26,701 nucleotides of DNA from Nannocystales bacterium (GTDB lineage Bacteria > Myxococcota_A > Polyangia > Nannocystales > Nannocystaceae). Each line of letters begins with the position of its first letter. The stretch's first letter is position 1. The position numbers and the translations under genes are program-made. Shown here one piece after another: positions 1 to 9,145 of this stretch. The stretch covers positions 1 to 26,701 of the forward strand of contig JBOEGF010000030.1 of the NCBI GenBank assembly GCA_050633305.1, in the 5' to 3' direction. The notes under the pieces were generated by a model that was not told the origin of the DNA, made no database searches, and was given only the letters and a program-made list of their open reading frames with translations.

Positions 1-498
1 ACCGACGTTGACGCTGAGATCCCGAAACTCTCTGAGGGAAAGAGATACGCGGCCCCCGTCGGGAAGCTCCGCTGCTTCTACGGCATCGACACAACGACGG
101 CGATGACCATCGCGACGGAGTTGCACGGCAACATGGCCCGCTTCCCCTCGGCGCCGCAGCTCATGTCCTACATCGGCGTCGTGCCGAGCGAGTACTCGAG
201 CTCGGATAGGACGCGGCGAGGTGCGATCACGAAGACCGGGAATGCTCATCTACGACGAGTCCTCGTCGAGGCCGCGTGGCACTACCGACATCGCCCCGCG
301 GTCGGCAAGAAACTCGTCGAGCGTCGTCTCGGACAGCCCAGCTCGGTGATCCAAATCGCCGACAAGGCACACCACAGACTCCACCGCCGCTATCGGCGGA
401 TGACGGAGGCAGGAAAACCGGCCAACAAGGCTGTTGTGGCCGTCGCAAGGGAGCTTGCCGGTTTCATCTGGGCGGCGTTGAAAGAGGACGCGGCCTAG
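1..498 (+). CDS. IS110-family transposase/recombinase, C-terminal part (5' end outside window)
   Basis: Motifs GVVPSEYSS, GAITKTGNAHLRRVLVEAAW and AVVAVARELAGFIWA are typical of the IS110/IS116/IS902 C-terminal domain; stop at 496-498. Confidence 0.93.
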   Translation, partial: TDVDAEIPKLSEGKRYAAPVGKLRCFYGIDTTTAMTIATELHGNMARFPSAPQLMSYIGVVPSEYSSSDRTRRGAITKTGNAHLRRVLVEAAWHYRHRPAVGKKLVERRLGQPSSVIQIADKAHHRLHRRYRRMTEAGKPANKAVVAVARELAGFIWAALKEDAA

Positions 499-789
499 AA
501 CACTGGGTTCGAGAACCGAAGCTGAGGGACGAGTGGGCACGAACGGAAAACCCGCGACGCTAGCTATGCGAACAGCCGCCCTTGGCGCCTGTACTCGCGA
601 TTCTAGACAGCGGCACTTCCAGGCGAAGCACGGTCATGCGGCGCTGCGGCGGCTCTCCGTCGTAATCCGCGAATATCAGAGTGACTCGTCGTCGAAGAGA
701 CCCATCTCGTCCCTCGCCTTCGGGGCTCGAGCCGGGCCCTGTCCCTGCCCCCCGAACAACGAGGTTGACAGGGGGTCGTTCCATATCAG
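499..789 (+). ncRNA. IS110 3' non-coding end, candidate bridge/seek RNA region
   Basis: About 290 bp with no credible ORF after the transposase. ATATCAG occurs internally (673-679) and at the presumed element end (783-789). RNA boundaries unknown. Confidence 0.55.
765..770 (+). promoter_or_regulatory. Outward-facing -35 hexamer TTGACA near the IS110 right end
   Basis: Perfect TTGACA about 19 bp inside the presumed end; IS110 elements commonly form a promoter at the circle junction. Confidence 0.5.
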
Positions 790-868
790 CTAGAGCTAGA
801 GCGCTGTCGGTGGAGCTTCAGCCGCAGATCGTGCTCGAGTTCACGGCCTGCGGCCCGGGCACAAGGGG

Positions 869-1441
869 TCAGCTCCAGGAGTAGAAGAATGTCGACTGAT
901 GCTCCTGGTACCGATGGCGGAAGGCGACGTCCTCGACTCCGCTCACCGTGAGCGCGGCGGCAATCACGAGCCCTTTCTCCAATGCGAGGCACTCGGGGTA
1001 GAGCTTCTCTGGATACGCGAGGTAGGCTTGGCCAGCGTTGCCGTCGATGCGAGCGTGCATGGGCGCGTTCCTGTGAAAATGCGCCCATCGACCGGCGGCT
1101 CCGCGAACGAGCATCGAAGTGCTCACGACGCGGGTGAGCGCTCGATAGAGCTTGGACTCGAGCATCTTCGTGTTCGCCCGCTCGCTACACTTCAAGAACG
1201 TCGACATCCCGATACGGCCGGCGATGAGGAGCTCGAAGACGTTGAGGTTCACGGTGCTGTACCAGCCGGTTCGGCTGATCGCGTCCAGGTCGAGGCCGGT
1301 CAGGCTCCGCAAGTCGTCGAAGACCAGCGGAACTTCGGCGTGGCAGGAGGCATAGGTGGTGAACAGCGCGCCGCGCGACTTGCACTGAGGGTACGAGTCC
1401 AGCCCCTTGGGAAGCGAGGCGATGTAGTCGCTGGGCGTCAT
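869..1441 (-). CDS. Myxobacterial conserved hypothetical protein, possibly DUF2378-like
   Basis: Protein-like ORF MTPSDYIASLPKGLDSYPQC...GWYS...LYRAL...AAGRWAHFH. Start uncertain (ATG 1441 or 1453). Family call tentative. Confidence 0.6.
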   Translation of the reverse strand: MTPSDYIASLPKGLDSYPQCKSRGALFTTYASCHAEVPLVFDDLRSLTGLDLDAISRTGWYSTVNLNVFELLIAGRIGMSTFLKCSERANTKMLESKLYRALTRVVSTSMLVRGAAGRWAHFHRNAPMHARIDGNAGQAYLAYPEKLYPECLALEKGLVIAAALTVSGVEDVAFRHRYQEHQSTFFYSWS

Positions 1442-1645
1442 GGCTGGGTGCATACACGGGTTCGACCAGCGTGCGCGTTGATCGGCCTCCATCGTATCAA
1501 ACGCCCCCATCATGCGGAACGTCCGGCAAGAGGCACGGTGGTATCCGATTTGGCCCCCCCACACCCCGCTGCGAACGAGCTGTCCGCGGTGTTATCGGCT
1601 CAGGAGGCCGGCAGCTGCACCGGGGACGACGTCGTCGAATCCGGC

Positions 1646-2268
1646 CATACGGTTCTGTACTACGGTGTCTTGTCGGCCCGTCACGCCCTGCGCTCGGCGG
1701 TCGTGCCTCGCGCGGAGGAGCCTGCGCCCGAACCCAAGCAACTCGCGCTGTTTGTCCCTCGGGGGTCCATCGAGCTCCCGGGCACCACAACCTTGCTCGG
1801 GGCTCAGCTGCGGGATGCGGCTCCGTCTCGGCTGTCTTGGATGACGCTGCTGGCCCGGGTGTTCCGCATCGACATCTCGGTGTGCGCCCGCTGTCGCGGG
1901 CCCATGCGCGTCACTGGAGCCGTCACCACGCCGCAGGACATCGCGGGCGAGCTTCACGGTGCTCGGCCACCGCCGCGTGGGCCCGTGTCCGGACAACTCC
2001 CGCTGTTCTCGGCAACGTCCTGAGGGGTCTGAGCTGTGGCTGTGGATGGGCACCGCTTCGTGCGGGGCTGGTCTCGGCGTGCCGGGATTCTGGGCCTCGG
2101 GCCTCGGCGGTCGCTTCGGGCCGGCTTTTCGTCACCGATGCCTTCGCTCCGGCACGCTTTGCCTCAATCCACAGCCTCCCGCTGGCCCGCTGCGCGAGCA
2201 CCGCCCTCGGCGGCGAGAGACCGTACTCCTTCGCATCGGCTTTTTCCCACTTCGTTTCGCTTAAACGC
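1646..2268 (+). mobile_element. IS91-like (Y2/HUH rolling-circle) remnant: transposase C-terminus (to stop 2023) plus 3' non-coding end (putative oriIS)
   Basis: HTVLYYGVLS...RLSWMTLLARVFRIDISVCARCRGPMRV matches the IS91-like C-terminal pattern (YxGVL, WxxLLxRVFxID, CxxCxGxM). Homology with the copy at 21789-22091 stops at CGCTTAAACGC (2258-2268). Confidence 0.75.
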
Positions 2269-2298
2269 GGAAATTCATGGTGGTACTCTTGGGCTCGG

Positions 2299-3720
2299 GT
2301 GTCTGGTCTGTTCGGTTTTCGCGCGCACAGGTTGGTGCCATACATCTCGATGATCGCGTCTGTCGGTTGCGCGCCTTCGGTGTACGTGTGCGAGGCCGAC
2401 GCCCAGTGTATGAACGGCAGCGAAGCGGGAACGTGCGAACTGGGCTACTGCGCCTTCGCGGACCCGGACTGCGCGTCTGGGAAGCGATTCGGGTCGCACT
2501 CGGGCAGCCAGACCGGTCAGTGTGTCGACGAGGTGCCAGACGCCACCACCTCTGTAGCAGGGGACGAAACGACAAGCTCACCCGTGCCAGGGTCGACCTC
2601 GACGGCGATCAGCACTTCGGCAGGCACCGGCAGCGACAGCACCGAAGCGCCTCCGGACGACACGGGAGAGATCAGCGGAACGGCTGGGAGCACCACATCT
2701 GGGAGTGCCGGTAGCTCGACCACGGGGTCCTTCGACGACCAACTGCACAACTACGTGTTCATCACCTCAGAGTCTTTCTCCGCTGCGATGGGAGGCATCG
2801 ATGGGGCAGATACGATCTGCCAGTCGTTCGCGGACGACGCGGGCCTTCCAGGGACCTACGTCGCGTGGCTCTCCACCGACGAGCAGAACGCAATCGATCG
2901 GCTTGCCGATGCCCGAGGCTGGGTGCGCGTCGATGGGCGTCCCTTTGCCATGTCTGCGCAGGACATCATCTCGAACGAGACGTTCTACCCGATCCGCATC
3001 GACGACACCGGCAACGACCGGCGATTCTCGAATGCCGTCACCGCGACCGACACCGACGGGACGTTGGGGGGGCCAGGGAACTGCGACGGTTTTACGAGCA
3101 CCGCGGGCCTGGTACGGAGGGGGGTGGCCGATGGACTCGCGACGGCTTTCACCTACGCCTTCGAATCGTCGTGCAGCGCGAACACGCGCCTGCTCTGCTT
3201 CGGCATCGACGATGCGATCGGCACCCCGCTCCTCCTCGATCCCACAGACCGTCGCGCGTTCATTTCGTCTGCCGCCTTCCCTGGCAACGTGGGGTTGAGC
3301 GTCTTCGACGACGCATGCCAGGCTGATGCCGAGGGGGCGAACATCGAAGGGACGTTCCTTGCGTTCGTATCCACCGTCGACATGGCAGCTACCGAGCGCT
3401 TCGATCTGAACGGGCCGTCGTGGTCGCTCGTCAACGACGTGCAAATCGTCGAATCGCCGGCCGATCTCCTGGACGCGGACCCGGTCATCCAGGCGCCGAT
3501 CTGGCGAGATGCTCTTGGCGTTCCCGTGACGAGCGGGCAAGTCTGGACGGGTTCCGAGTCCCCGAGCTTGGCCGGCAGCCCGGCCTCGACCTGCGAAGGG
3601 TGGACATCCGCCGCTGGGGTCGCCCGGGTCGGTCGCCCCGTGCGTTCGGCGGACATGTGGTGGACCGCCGTCGACCGAGACTGCACCGAGCAGAAGCGCG
3701 TGTACTGCCTTCAAGAGTGA
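2299..3720 (+). CDS. Lipoprotein: six-Cys N-terminal module, Ser/Thr/Gly linker, two DUF1554-like (C-type lectin/endostatin-like) domains
   Basis: GTG 2299 gives a signal ending ASVG-C. Repeated domain VFITSESFSAAMGGIDGADTICQSFADDAGLPGTYVAWLST / AFISSAAFPGNVGLSVFDDACQADAEGANIEGTFLAFVST, ending LLCF / VYCLQE. Confidence 0.75.
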   Translation: MSGLFGFRAHRLVPYISMIASVGCAPSVYVCEADAQCMNGSEAGTCELGYCAFADPDCASGKRFGSHSGSQTGQCVDEVPDATTSVAGDETTSSPVPGSTSTAISTSAGTGSDSTEAPPDDTGEISGTAGSTTSGSAGSSTTGSFDDQLHNYVFITSESFSAAMGGIDGADTICQSFADDAGLPGTYVAWLSTDEQNAIDRLADARGWVRVDGRPFAMSAQDIISNETFYPIRIDDTGNDRRFSNAVTATDTDGTLGGPGNCDGFTSTAGLVRRGVADGLATAFTYAFESSCSANTRLLCFGIDDAIGTPLLLDPTDRRAFISSAAFPGNVGLSVFDDACQADAEGANIEGTFLAFVSTVDMAATERFDLNGPSWSLVNDVQIVESPADLLDADPVIQAPIWRDALGVPVTSGQVWTGSESPSLAGSPASTCEGWTSAAGVARVGRPVRSADMWWTAVDRDCTEQKRVYCLQE

Positions 3721-3885
3721 GTCCGGGGTCCTGTCCGGGCGGTGGGAGCGGGGGACCTCCGCCAGTGCAACGCCCGAGATCGGGGCGCGGCCTCGCCCGC
3801 TCAGTGGGTGTCGATCCAGCGTTGCACTTCGTCGCGGGCCTGGGATGTCACCGCTCCTGTGTCGGTGTAGGCCGCGAGCGCGAGC

Positions 3886-3970
3886 TCGAGCTCCCGGGCA
3901 CCACAACCTTGCTCGGGGCTCAGCTGCGGGATGCTGCTCCGTCTCGGCTGTCTTGGATGACGCTGCTGGC
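3886..3970 (+). repeat. 85-bp direct copy of an internal IS91-like transposase segment (1770-1854)
   Basis: 84/85 identical by eye; followed immediately by TAACCGC (3971-3977). Confidence 0.92.
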
Positions 3971-4490
3971 TAACCGCGAGCCCGAGCTGGCCCCTGTCCT
4001 CGAGGTGTCGCTCGAGCTGGTCAACGATACCGAGGAGACATTCTATCTCGTAGAGGAAGGTTCTGGGTGTACTCCGTTCGGCATCCGGCGTGACGGAATG
4101 TGGCTCTCGGCCGAGACGGGATTCCACTGTGGGTGTGAGTGCAATCCGCCCGGCAACCAGATCGGTATGGTCTCCGTCGCGCCCATGCAATCGCTTTCGT
4201 TGTCCTGGGACGGTCGTGCGCTGGCGACCTATACAAGGCACACTCTGTGTGAGGAGAAGCCCTTTCCCCAACGTTGCATCTCGGAAACGGATGGGTCCCC
4301 ACAACCGCTCGAGCCGGGTTCGGTTGAGGTGGTGATACCGGTCCTAGGCCCCGACTCGCCGATGCTGATCCCCGAGCGGCCTCGGATCACCGAGATGTGT
4401 CCAGGGGAGGCATCCTTCTCGATCGCCCTCGAACTCGAAGGCGACGACATCTCCGTTCAGGTCCCACTGAGCACAATCGTCCTGAACTGA
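3957..4490 (+). pseudogene. 5'-truncated Cys-containing exported-type protein fused in frame to a transposase fragment
   Basis: Protein-like sequence EPELAPVLEVSLELVNDTEETFYL...FHCGCEC...LSWDGR starts right after TAACCGC; no native start or signal peptide seen; ATG 3957 comes from the duplicated IS segment. Confidence 0.55.
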
Positions 4491-4529
4491 CCCAGCCGCG
4501 ATCTCGACCTCGGACTCCTCTTCGTTCCG

Positions 4530-4875
4530 CGGGTGCGAGCCTCAGCGCCGCGAGGTCGGGCAACGACTCCGCGTCGCCCCCGAGAAGCCCTGCGGCCTTC
4601 AGCGCTCGCCGATACTCGCGCTCGGTGTTGGGGCTCATCCTCAGCTGGCGAGCGATGCTGAGGGCGCCCTCGCCAAGTGGGTACAGTCGAACGAGCTCTT
4701 GAAGCCGATGCATGCTGATCCTCCGCATTTCGGCAGCATCACCGCATCACCGGTCGCGCCTACGCTGTGCGCTGGCCTCCCCTTCAGGAGGGAGGGGTCA
4801 GTTCTGCCGAGCTGAGGTGGATCAGTTCAGGCGAGCTGGGCCCGGATCAGTTCTGCCGAGCTGGCGTGGATCACA
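4530..4875 (-). mobile_element. istA: IS21-family remnant: left end plus istA N-terminal HTH only
   Basis: MHRLQELVRLYPLGEGALSIARQLRMSPNTEREYRRALKAAGLL; end begins TG (4875) with three 17-bp repeats TCAGTTC(TGC/AGG)CGAGCTG at 4798, 4822 and 4847; no DDE domain or istB. Truncation point approximate. Confidence 0.75.
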
Positions 4876-4897
4876 TAGCCCGAGCCACAACACTCTT

Positions 4898-6256
4898 TGT
4901 GCATGTCAAGACATAGGTGATGTGCATGTCAAGACATAGGTGACACTTCCGATCATTTCATCGGTGACACTTCGGCGTCGCCAACAGGTGACATCCGAGC
5001 CACGCCGGGCGGGACAACGCGGCCACAATCCCAGGTCACGCTGCGAGCTCGAATGTTCCCAGGTCGAGTTCGTAGAAGTGAATCCGAACGCTGTCGGAGG
5101 CGATCGTCTCGATTCCAACTTGGTACCCACGGAAGCCGGACCCGACCTTCAGAAGCTGGCCACGGTATCGAACACGCCCCGACGACTGGACCTTGCGAAC
5201 GACGAAGCTCGACGGGTACCGGGCATTTCGCGTTCTACGGTACAGCCTTGGAGAGCGACGGTAGATGTCGCCGGGCGTGCGCATCTCCAGCGCCTCATGG
5301 GGCCGAACGTGGTTGAACTCTTGTCGCCACTCGTCGAGCTTCGCTTGCTGGGCAGTTTTCGACTTCGCGCCGACATCCTCGACTTCGTACCGCATGTCGA
5401 GATGCATGCGCTCGTGCCCGCCGTTGTCTTGGGGGTGTCCCGGCCGACTTCGATGCACGCGAATCCCAAGCGCAACCCACCATGCTGAGAGAGTCGTCGT
5501 GCCATGCCGCGCCCGGGTCGAGGCGAACGGAGGGCCGTTGTCGACGAGGATCGCGCGAGGAAGCCCGTACGCGTCGAAGAAGCCTTCGAACGCGCTCCTG
5601 ACCGTTTCGGCGGACGAGTTGTCGAGGAGCTGCGCGCCAAGAACGAATCGGCTGTATGCATCTCGGACCGTCAGCGGCTCGCACTTCGCACCGTCCTTGG
5701 AGTTCCACCATCCCTTGAAGTCCACCGTCCACAGGTCGTTGGCGTCCTCCACGTTGGGCGAGGGCGCATCGGTGGGACGGTCGCACTTCACCGCGCGACG
5801 CCGCTTTCGAGCCTCGCCCGCTCGGTCGAGGATGCGTGCGATCGTTCGGACGCTCGGAGCGTCCTCCTGCCCTCGAGACAGTACTTTGTGGAGCTTCTTC
5901 GGGCCCCACCGTGGATGCAGCGCTCGCTGCTCGAGTACCTGCAGCACCATCTCGCCCGAGGCGCGCAGAGGCGAGCTGTGAGGGCGTTTCGACAAGTCCT
6001 CGAGCCCTTGGACCCCCCGCGCTTTGAAGCGCTCCAGCCACTTGTACGCAGTCTTGCGACTGATGCCGTGCTCCCGGCACAGCTCCGAAATGTTCGCGTC
6101 CGGCTCAAGTGCCATGAGCACAAACTGGTGTCGAATCTTCACGACTGACGTCTCCCGCCAGGGCACGGTGCAAGGAGAACATCCCCCTGCGCGAGCGACG
6201 CGAGGTGTTACCCATGTCCTGGCACTGATGTGTCACCCATCTCATGGCACCAGACC
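4898..6256 (-). mobile_element. IS481-family insertion sequence
   Basis: Left end TGTGCATGTCAAGACATAGGTGA with GGTGA(CA) repeats at 4916, 4939, 4963 and 4987; inverted related repeats at 6205-6225 and 6230-6250. No clear target duplication; right boundary approximate. Confidence 0.8.
5036..6166 (-). CDS. IS481-family DDE transposase (HTH plus integrase core)
   Basis: MPWRETSV, ELCREHGISRKTAYKWLERF, WTVDFKG, LVDNGPPF, HPQDNGGHERMH, EFNHVRPHEALEMRTP. Confidence 0.93.
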   Translation of the reverse strand: MPWRETSVVKIRHQFVLMALEPDANISELCREHGISRKTAYKWLERFKARGVQGLEDLSKRPHSSPLRASGEMVLQVLEQRALHPRWGPKKLHKVLSRGQEDAPSVRTIARILDRAGEARKRRRAVKCDRPTDAPSPNVEDANDLWTVDFKGWWNSKDGAKCEPLTVRDAYSRFVLGAQLLDNSSAETVRSAFEGFFDAYGLPRAILVDNGPPFASTRARHGTTTLSAWWVALGIRVHRSRPGHPQDNGGHERMHLDMRYEVEDVGAKSKTAQQAKLDEWRQEFNHVRPHEALEMRTPGDIYRRSPRLYRRTRNARYPSSFVVRKVQSSGRVRYRGQLLKVGSGFRGYQVGIETIASDSVRIHFYELDLGTFELAA

Positions 6257-6294
6257 CGAGGGTCATCGAGCGAGCGCGGAGCGGTGAGCGTGTG

Positions 6295-6954
6295 TCACCG
6301 GTGCCGCCGCGAGACCACCACATAGCGAAGCACACCGCCCACCAAGAGTGCCGCTCCGACCCCCGTGAGGGTGAAGCCGACGCGTTCGTAGCTGCGACCT
6401 CGGTCGACCTCGCGGGAGAAGGCGCCCTCGGTGGGCTCAAGGTCCACGCGCCGCGCGATGCTCCGTGCGCCGACCAGCAGGCCGACTCCGACGCCCGCCG
6501 TGACGAGTCCCGTCCCGCTCAGCACGCCTCCCCAAGGATCCTGGAACCACCGTCGTTGCGGCTCAGCTCGAGGCTGGGGGAGCGCGACCGTTGGCTCGGG
6601 GACGACCGGCGGCGGCGGCTCGACCCTCTCGCGGGGTGGTGACGGCTCGGTGGGTTCGAGTTCGGCGGCGCACTCCTCGACGTGCGCCTGCGCAATCGCG
6701 GCGGCGGCATCGGTCGTCTCTCCCCCCATGAACAGCTCAAACAGCTCGACCGCGACCGCGCAGTCGCCCAGGCGTTTGTAGACGACGGCCCGCGCGTAGA
6801 GCACCTCCGGGTCGGGGTGGGTGCGGTAGAGCGCGTCCAGCACGGCCCTGGCCTCTTCATAGCGCTCCTCGTCGAACAACTCGAGCGCCACCCGCTTGAG
6901 TTGCGCCGGATCTGGAACCAGGGCCAGCGTGAGAGCTAGAAGGAGGTGGACCAC
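6295..6954 (-). CDS. Exported TPR-like protein with Pro-rich linker and C-terminal hydrophobic segments
   Basis: Signal-like N-terminus, helical repeats LFDEERYEEARAVL / VLYARAVVYKRLGDCAVAVELFELF, two Gly-rich hydrophobic stretches; 10 bp downstream of the kinase gene. Confidence 0.75.
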   Translation of the reverse strand: MVHLLLALTLALVPDPAQLKRVALELFDEERYEEARAVLDALYRTHPDPEVLYARAVVYKRLGDCAVAVELFELFMGGETTDAAAAIAQAHVEECAAELEPTEPSPPRERVEPPPPVVPEPTVALPQPRAEPQRRWFQDPWGGVLSGTGLVTAGVGVGLLVGARSIARRVDLEPTEGAFSREVDRGRSYERVGFTLTGVGAALLVGGVLRYVVVSRRHR

Positions 6955-6964
6955 GAGCGCGCCC

Positions 6965-8395
6965 TCAGTCGACAGGGTACAGACTGTTCATCGCGTCGGG
7001 GCGCTTGCGCTGTTTCGTGGGCCGGCGCGTTCGTCGTTTTGGCTTCACCACAGCTTTGGGCTCTCGTGCGTTCTCGGGCTTCGTCGCGTCGGCGGGCTCG
7101 AGCCCAACCGCCACGTCGGTCTTGGGGGCGGACTCGACCGCGACCACCGAGTCGGGGTTCGGCGCCGGATCGGGGTTGGTCGATTCCGCCACGCGGGCGT
7201 CCGTGGACTCCGCCGCCGCCGCCGCCGCCGCCGCCGGTGGGGACGTGTCGATGGGTCGCGGTGATGCCTCGGGTGATCCGAACGCCAGGCTGGCCACCGT
7301 GATCGCCGCCCCGACGACGGCCGCCCCGACGACGGCCCAGCCCGACCATCCGCGACGCACCGGGACATGGTCCTCGACCGGATCGGCAACCGGGGTCACC
7401 GACGCGTTCACCACCGTGACCGCCGGTTGCTCCGCGAGCGTCATCTCCGGCAGGGCGCCCATCAACGCACCGATCGTCGAAGCCAGTCGCTCCGAAGACC
7501 CCCGCAGCCCCGCGCGCTCCGCGAACGCCTCGAGGTCCCCCCGAAACGCGCGCGCGGTCGGGTAGCGCTCGTCGGGCTCCACGCAAAGCGCCCGCGCAAC
7601 GATCCCCTCAAGCGCCTCGGGATAGCCGGGTACGAGCTCGGATGGCGCGGTGTACTTGCCTTCGACGATCGCATTGAGGATGACGAAGTCGCTGTCGCCC
7701 CAGAAGCACCGCGCGCCTGTGGTCACCTCGTACAGCAAGATGCCCAGGCCAAACACGTCCGTCCGCGCGTCGACCCGGGCACTGCGCGCCTGCTCGGGCG
7801 CCATATAGCCGACCTTGCCCTTCATGGTCGACGCCCGGGTCTTGGGGGACTGGGCCACGGCCTTGGCGATGCCGAAGTCCGCGAGCTTGACGATGCCATC
7901 GTCCCTGACCATGACGTTCGACGGCGAGATGTCGCGATGCACGATGCCCAGCCGCTTGCCGCGGGCGTCGGTCTGCTGGTGTGCGTAGTGCACCGCGGAT
8001 GCGACGGCCTCGACCAGGTACACCGCGCAATCGAGCGGTAGGCGCTTCCGCGTCGCGGCTGCGGAGAGAATCTTCGAGAGACTGCGTCCGTGCACGTACT
8101 CCATCGCGATGAAGTGCGCACCCCCAGCAGATCCGACCTCGAGGGTCTGCACGATGTTGGGATGGAAGAGCATCGAGGCCAGCCGTGCCTCGTTGAGGAA
8201 CATCTCGACGAACTCGGGCTCGCTGGCGAGTCCCGGCAGGATCTGTTTGAGCGCGACGATACGTTCGACGCCCGCAGGTCCGATCGCGCGGGCCAAGAAC
8301 AGCTCCGCCATCCCGCCGACAGCCAGGCGCTCGAGCACGTGGTACGGCCCGACCTTGGCCCCTGGCCGGATTTCGCACTCTGCCTGCGTGAACAC
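6965..8395 (-). CDS. Membrane Hanks-type Ser/Thr protein kinase
   Basis: LAVGGMAELF, VALKQ, HRDISPSN, DFG, GYMAPE, DVFGLG all present; TM helix WAVVGAAVVGAAITVASLAF; short low-complexity tail. Confidence 0.95.
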   Translation of the reverse strand: MFTQAECEIRPGAKVGPYHVLERLAVGGMAELFLARAIGPAGVERIVALKQILPGLASEPEFVEMFLNEARLASMLFHPNIVQTLEVGSAGGAHFIAMEYVHGRSLSKILSAAATRKRLPLDCAVYLVEAVASAVHYAHQQTDARGKRLGIVHRDISPSNVMVRDDGIVKLADFGIAKAVAQSPKTRASTMKGKVGYMAPEQARSARVDARTDVFGLGILLYEVTTGARCFWGDSDFVILNAIVEGKYTAPSELVPGYPEALEGIVARALCVEPDERYPTARAFRGDLEAFAERAGLRGSSERLASTIGALMGALPEMTLAEQPAVTVVNASVTPVADPVEDHVPVRRGWSGWAVVGAAVVGAAITVASLAFGSPEASPRPIDTSPPAAAAAAAAESTDARVAESTNPDPAPNPDSVVAVESAPKTDVAVGLEPADATKPENAREPKAVVKPKRRTRRPTKQRKRPDAMNSLYPVD

Positions 8396-8428
8396 CCACG
8401 CCAGCGTACGCAGGTCGGGCGAACCTCT

Positions 8429-9088
8429 TCAACCCTTCGGTTCCGGTCCCTCGAGACGTTTGGGCGCGGAGACTGCGCTGGCATCCATCGTCACGGCGAC
8501 CTCCTGGGTCCACCGCTCGTGCTCGTTCTTCAAGGACGCGCTCAGAGGATGAGGCAGTCGCAGGCGCTCGAAGTGCGAGGCCATTTCCGCCCGCGCCTTT
8601 GACAGCCGGCTGCGAACGGCGCTGCCTGAGATCCCCAGGACCTGTCCCACCTCGCGCGCGTTGAGGCCCTCCCAGTACACCAGCTGCATCGCGACCTGCA
8701 GGTCCATGGGCAGCGCCGCCAGGGCTCGCAGGACGTAGTGGTGCTCCTCGCGACGCGCGAAAAGCCCGGTCAGCGACGTTCGGGTCTCGGGCGAAAATGC
8801 TCGGTTTACGCGAGGTTGCGCCGCGCCGCGCTGCTGGGTCTGGCGCAGCTGCATCAACATCATGTTCCGTGCGATTCCAAACAGGTACGGACGAAACCCG
8901 ACCTCGGGCGAGCACTCGGCGACCCCCTCGAGACAGGCGAGGAACGTCCTCTGCGTCAGGTCGTCCGCGACCCGGCTCAGCCGAGCCTCGAAGAATCGCC
9001 GGACCGAGACGTAGTGTTGGCGAACGAGCGCATCGCCAGCGGCGTTGTCCCCGTCCTTCCACCGTGCCAGTAGCTCGAGATCGTCCAC
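8429..9088 (-). CDS. ECF (sigma-70 group 4) sigma factor
   Basis: Region 2 (DLELLARWKDGD, ADDLTQRTFLACL, FRPYLFGIARN) and region 4 (ALAALPMDLQVAMQLVYWEGLNAREVGQVLGISGSAVRSRLSKAR). Likely GTG start at 9088 within the 626-aa ORF. Confidence 0.92.
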   Translation of the reverse strand: MDDLELLARWKDGDNAAGDALVRQHYVSVRRFFEARLSRVADDLTQRTFLACLEGVAECSPEVGFRPYLFGIARNMMLMQLRQTQQRGAAQPRVNRAFSPETRTSLTGLFARREEHHYVLRALAALPMDLQVAMQLVYWEGLNAREVGQVLGISGSAVRSRLSKARAEMASHFERLRLPHPLSASLKNEHERWTQEVAVTMDASAVSAPKRLEGPEPKG

Positions 9089-9145
9089 CCGGGCGCATCC
9101 TGGCACAGGCGCGGCTGGGTCGCAGCCTGCTATTGTTCGGACCGC

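Noticed and set aside
1471..2298. N-terminal extension of the 749-aa ORF, and the 374-aa ORF 899-2023 as a whole gene
   Set aside because: Open frames running through the IS91-like remnant or antisense to the gene at 869-1441; typical of high-GC DNA.
4798..4993. Regularly spaced short repeats resembling a mini CRISPR array
   Set aside because: Period is only 23-25 bp, no cas genes, and the repeats are explained as IS21 and IS481 subterminal transposase-binding sites.
7212..7235. (GCC)8 tract in the kinase gene as a phase-variation switch
   Set aside because: Trinucleotide repeat keeps the frame and only encodes poly-Ala in a low-complexity tail.
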